A stretch of 15,246 bases of DNA from Candidatus Nitrospinota bacterium M3_3B_026 (lineage in GTDB: Bacteria > Nitrospinota_A > UBA7883 > JBPRGF01): assembly GCA_051418015.1 (NCBI GenBank), contig JBPRGF010000016.1, positions 1-15,246 of the forward strand, given 5' to 3'. Position numbers and translations under genes: made by a program. The stretch's first letter is position 1. Every line of letters begins with the position of its first letter. A model generated the notes under the pieces. The model saw only the letters and a program-made list of their open reading frames with translations. It had not been told where the DNA came from and made no database searches. Shown here piece by piece: positions 13,142-15,246 of this stretch.

Positions 13142-13938
13142 GCAGAATGAATATATCCTCTCTCGTTCCTTTCGGAATACAGGGACTACTGGTAGCGATT
13201 CTTCTGATGGGAGGGACTTTCCCTGCGCCAGCCCACGCGCAAAGCGAGTTGGCGGTGGCCTGCTCCCCCTGGCTGCTTTTGGGGCGGGACTGTCCGGTGA
13301 TGGACGTCGTGCGGCGGATTGCCGAGGCCGAGTATGCTGACCGGAGGAAAATTGAGCACCAGCAAAAGCGACTGGAAGAGCTCTTGAGCGCCATCGAGAG
13401 CAGCGACCTCGGCAGCTTCGTCTTCACCGATGCGCCGGCGCTTTTGGAGCAGGTGGAGCTCGCGCTGGAGGCAGGTTCGGATCTCGCCTACAGCTCCTCC
13501 CGGCTAATGGGCGAGCTGGACACCCACTTTCTCTCAACGCTGGGCCCGGGTTACGACCCCGGCGCCGCCGCCCCGGCTCGCTACGACGAGCTCCTTCGGG
13601 CCTACCGGACGATTGGCGGCACGGGGCGGCAGGTGGGTGCGGGCCTCACCGACGCAGGCGGCCGGGTGCGCTCCGTGCAGCAGGGCATCGAGGACATTGG
13701 GCAGCTTCTGGGCTTTTCGCTTCCGGGGCTCGGGAGCCCGCGCCAGTCGGCGCAGGCGGAGCTACAAATGGCGATCTACAACGCCGAGGAGACGATCCAG
13801 ATGCGCCAGGCCATTGCCCTGCAGACCAACGCCGAGATCCTCAGCTACATGGACCGGGTGGCTGACGATCGGATGGAGGCTCTCCTCCTGCAGCGGGCCA
13901 TTCAGGGGCCCGTGCCCCCGCTTCTCTCGCCGGAATAG
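13138..13938 (+). CDS. TrbJ/VirB5-like exported minor pilin, paralog 1
   Basis: ATGA overlap with trbE and SD AGGAAGGAGG. Signal peptide ending AHA-Q, 'PVMD' motif, long helical segments, 'S.RQSAQAELQM......E.IQMRQAIA.Q'. Sits at the canonical trbJ position. Confidence 0.7.
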   Translation: MSRMNISSLVPFGIQGLLVAILLMGGTFPAPAHAQSELAVACSPWLLLGRDCPVMDVVRRIAEAEYADRRKIEHQQKRLEELLSAIESSDLGSFVFTDAPALLEQVELALEAGSDLAYSSSRLMGELDTHFLSTLGPGYDPGAAAPARYDELLRAYRTIGGTGRQVGAGLTDAGGRVRSVQQGIEDIGQLLGFSLPGLGSPRQSAQAELQMAIYNAEETIQMRQAIALQTNAEILSYMDRVADDRMEALLLQRAIQGPVPPLLSPE

Positions 13939-14007
13939 AGCGACGTGGTGCTCAAGGGGCCAGTCACGAACCGCAAAATCCAACACTCAAAAAACGCAAG
14001 GCGAGCA

Positions 14008-14775
14008 ATGAACGTCTTCTCTACTCTTTTCCCGACTCGGGATCACGTGTGCGGGAGCGCCAGGAAAATCCAATACTGTTTTGGCCGAGCGATCTGTCTT
14101 GCGCTTCTTCTGATCGGCCTCTCGGCAGGGATCAGCCCACGGCCGGCGGCCGCGCAGGCGGGCTTTCCGGTAACCGACGTTGAAAACGCGGCTCAGGAGG
14201 CGGCGCTCGTCCTCTGGCAGGAGTGGATCAAGGACGATGCGGTGGAGAAACTGATCGAACTGTACGATCAGCACCGCCGCCTTGGAGCCTTCCATTCAGG
14301 ATCCTTCGATTGGCGAGACGTAGAGCTGGAACTCCTTCTTTTGGAGCTTGCCGCCGAAGCGGATGGAGCCTTCGGGTACGGCCTTCCAGACCTGAAGGCG
14401 CGGCTCCAGGCGCGTTTCCCGGGGACCGAGGGGTTTTCTGGCTCGACGCTGGAGGGAATCCGCCAGCAGGCCGGGCGCCACTTGCAGACCGCCCGCAACC
14501 AGATTCAAACCTACCAGCAGCACTATGAGCTGATTCGGGACTCCCGACATCGAATGGAGGACTACTGGGCAGAGCTGCAGGGCATCGTCGGAGAGCAGCA
14601 GGCCTTCGACCTCCTTCTCGCCATGGGCGTCCTGGAGGGGGAGGAGCTGACCTTGACCCGCCAGCTTCTGGCGCAGGACCTCCTCCTCACGATTACCTCT
14701 TCCTCGGGCCACGCGAGCGACAAGGCCCTCCGCATCCGCACGCTCACCGGAGGAATCGCAGGCCCTCTTCCCTAG
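14008..14775 (+). CDS. TrbJ/VirB5-like exported minor pilin, paralog 2
   Basis: Signal peptide ending AAA-Q, 'FPVTD.EN.AQ', 'FGY...DL.A.L...FPG', 'G.QQA........L..EEL..TRQLLA'. ATG 14008 is preferred over GTG 13945. Confidence 0.75.
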   Translation: MNVFSTLFPTRDHVCGSARKIQYCFGRAICLALLLIGLSAGISPRPAAAQAGFPVTDVENAAQEAALVLWQEWIKDDAVEKLIELYDQHRRLGAFHSGSFDWRDVELELLLLELAAEADGAFGYGLPDLKARLQARFPGTEGFSGSTLEGIRQQAGRHLQTARNQIQTYQQHYELIRDSRHRMEDYWAELQGIVGEQQAFDLLLAMGVLEGEELTLTRQLLAQDLLLTITSSSGHASDKALRIRTLTGGIAGPLP

Positions 14776-14806
14776 AAGCCTTTTTCCATCAGAGGCCCTC
14801 TTCCCT
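14760..14806 (+). repeat. 14-bp perfect direct repeat duplicating the 3' end of paralog 2
   Basis: AGGCCCTCTTCCCT at 14760-14773 and 14793-14806, followed by AGAAGCC and G-AGAAGTC respectively. Confidence 0.8.
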
Positions 14807-14846
14807 GAGAAGTCAACACCTCAAACGACCAAAACAATCGCCTCAC

Positions 14847-15246
14847 ATGAACCAGGCTTCTCTATTGCATCTCATTGATTTGGGAGTCATTGACTCCAGA
14901 TTGCTGGAGAACGCGGGTTGGGCGCGCCTTCTGGTAAGCCTTGCCTTCTCAGCTCTCCTGTTTGTGGCGCCCGCCTTGCCTGTGACGCCTGCCTATGGGC
15001 AGTACCCGGTCCGGGATGGCCTCATGGCCGACCGCAACCGAGAGACCCTAGCGAGGCACACCTTCGAGCAGCTGGTGGAGCGATACGCGATTCTCGGCTT
15101 CACGGAGGACATGATGGAGCGTCTCCCGGCGGGAGCGTTTGAGTGGCGAGACGCCTTCGAGTTGGCTACTCTCGTGGAGGCCCTGATGGGGGAGGCCGAT
15201 GTTCTCGGCTACACCCGAGGGGACCTCCAGCTCCTGATCGAAGAGG
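14847..15246 (+). CDS. TrbJ/VirB5-like exported minor pilin, paralog 3 (truncated by window end, not in ORF track)
   Basis: Manual translation: MNQASLLHLIDLGVIDSRLLENAGWARLLVSLAFSALLFVAPALPVTPAYG-QYPVRDGLMADRNRETLARHTFEQLVERYAILGFTEDMMERLPAGAFEWRDAFELATLVEALMGEADVLGYTRGDLQLLIEE..., open to the window end. Shares PVxD, GxFxWRD and 'EAD..GY...DL' with paralog 2. Confidence 0.8.
   Translation, partial: MNQASLLHLIDLGVIDSRLLENAGWARLLVSLAFSALLFVAPALPVTPAYGQYPVRDGLMADRNRETLARHTFEQLVERYAILGFTEDMMERLPAGAFEWRDAFELATLVEALMGEADVLGYTRGDLQLLIEE

Larger units (their letters stand above)
8206..15246 (+). mobile_element. Trb-type (MPF-T) mating-pair-formation locus of a conjugative plasmid or ICE, continuing past the window
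   Basis: Gene order trbB-C-D-E-J-like as in IncP/Ti/Tn4371 trb operons, next to a primase and a TA module. Element boundaries are not visible. Confidence 0.85.

Noticed and set aside
13936..14007. Paralogs 1 and 2 are in frame and separated by a single TAG, suggesting possible readthrough fusion
   Set aside because: Being in frame has about a one-in-three chance, paralog 2 has its own signal peptide, paralog 3 is out of frame, and no recoding signal is seen.
1..15246. CRISPR array, tRNA/rRNA, IS/transposase, integrase/att site, relaxase or canonical oriT nic site
   Set aside because: None was recognised. The short repeats found are degenerate tandem duplications without spacer structure.

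Overview
GC-rich (about 60-65% by eye) segment of a conjugative plasmid or ICE. The left half is mostly on the minus strand. It holds an Xre/MbcA/ParS-type antitoxin plus RES toxin pair, a 679-aa protein apparently built from about six tandem AP2-like DNA-binding modules, a small CxxC/CxxC protein (+ strand), a DoxX-like membrane protein, and a ~1000-aa Zn-finger/TOPRIM primase fused to a helicase-like domain whose Walker A motif is degenerate. The right half (+ strand) is a P-type (Trb/MPF-T) type IV secretion operon behind a near-consensus sigma70 promoter: trbB-trbC-trbD-trbE, then at least three tandem, divergent TrbJ/VirB5-like genes. The third is absent from the ORF track and runs off the window end. 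No relaxase, coupling protein, integrase, tRNA or CRISPR is visible. Several Glu-rich proteins and A/C-rich, SD-poor start contexts hint at a Salinibacter/Rhodothermota-like host, which is inference only. All family calls come from motif recognition by eye, not database searches.
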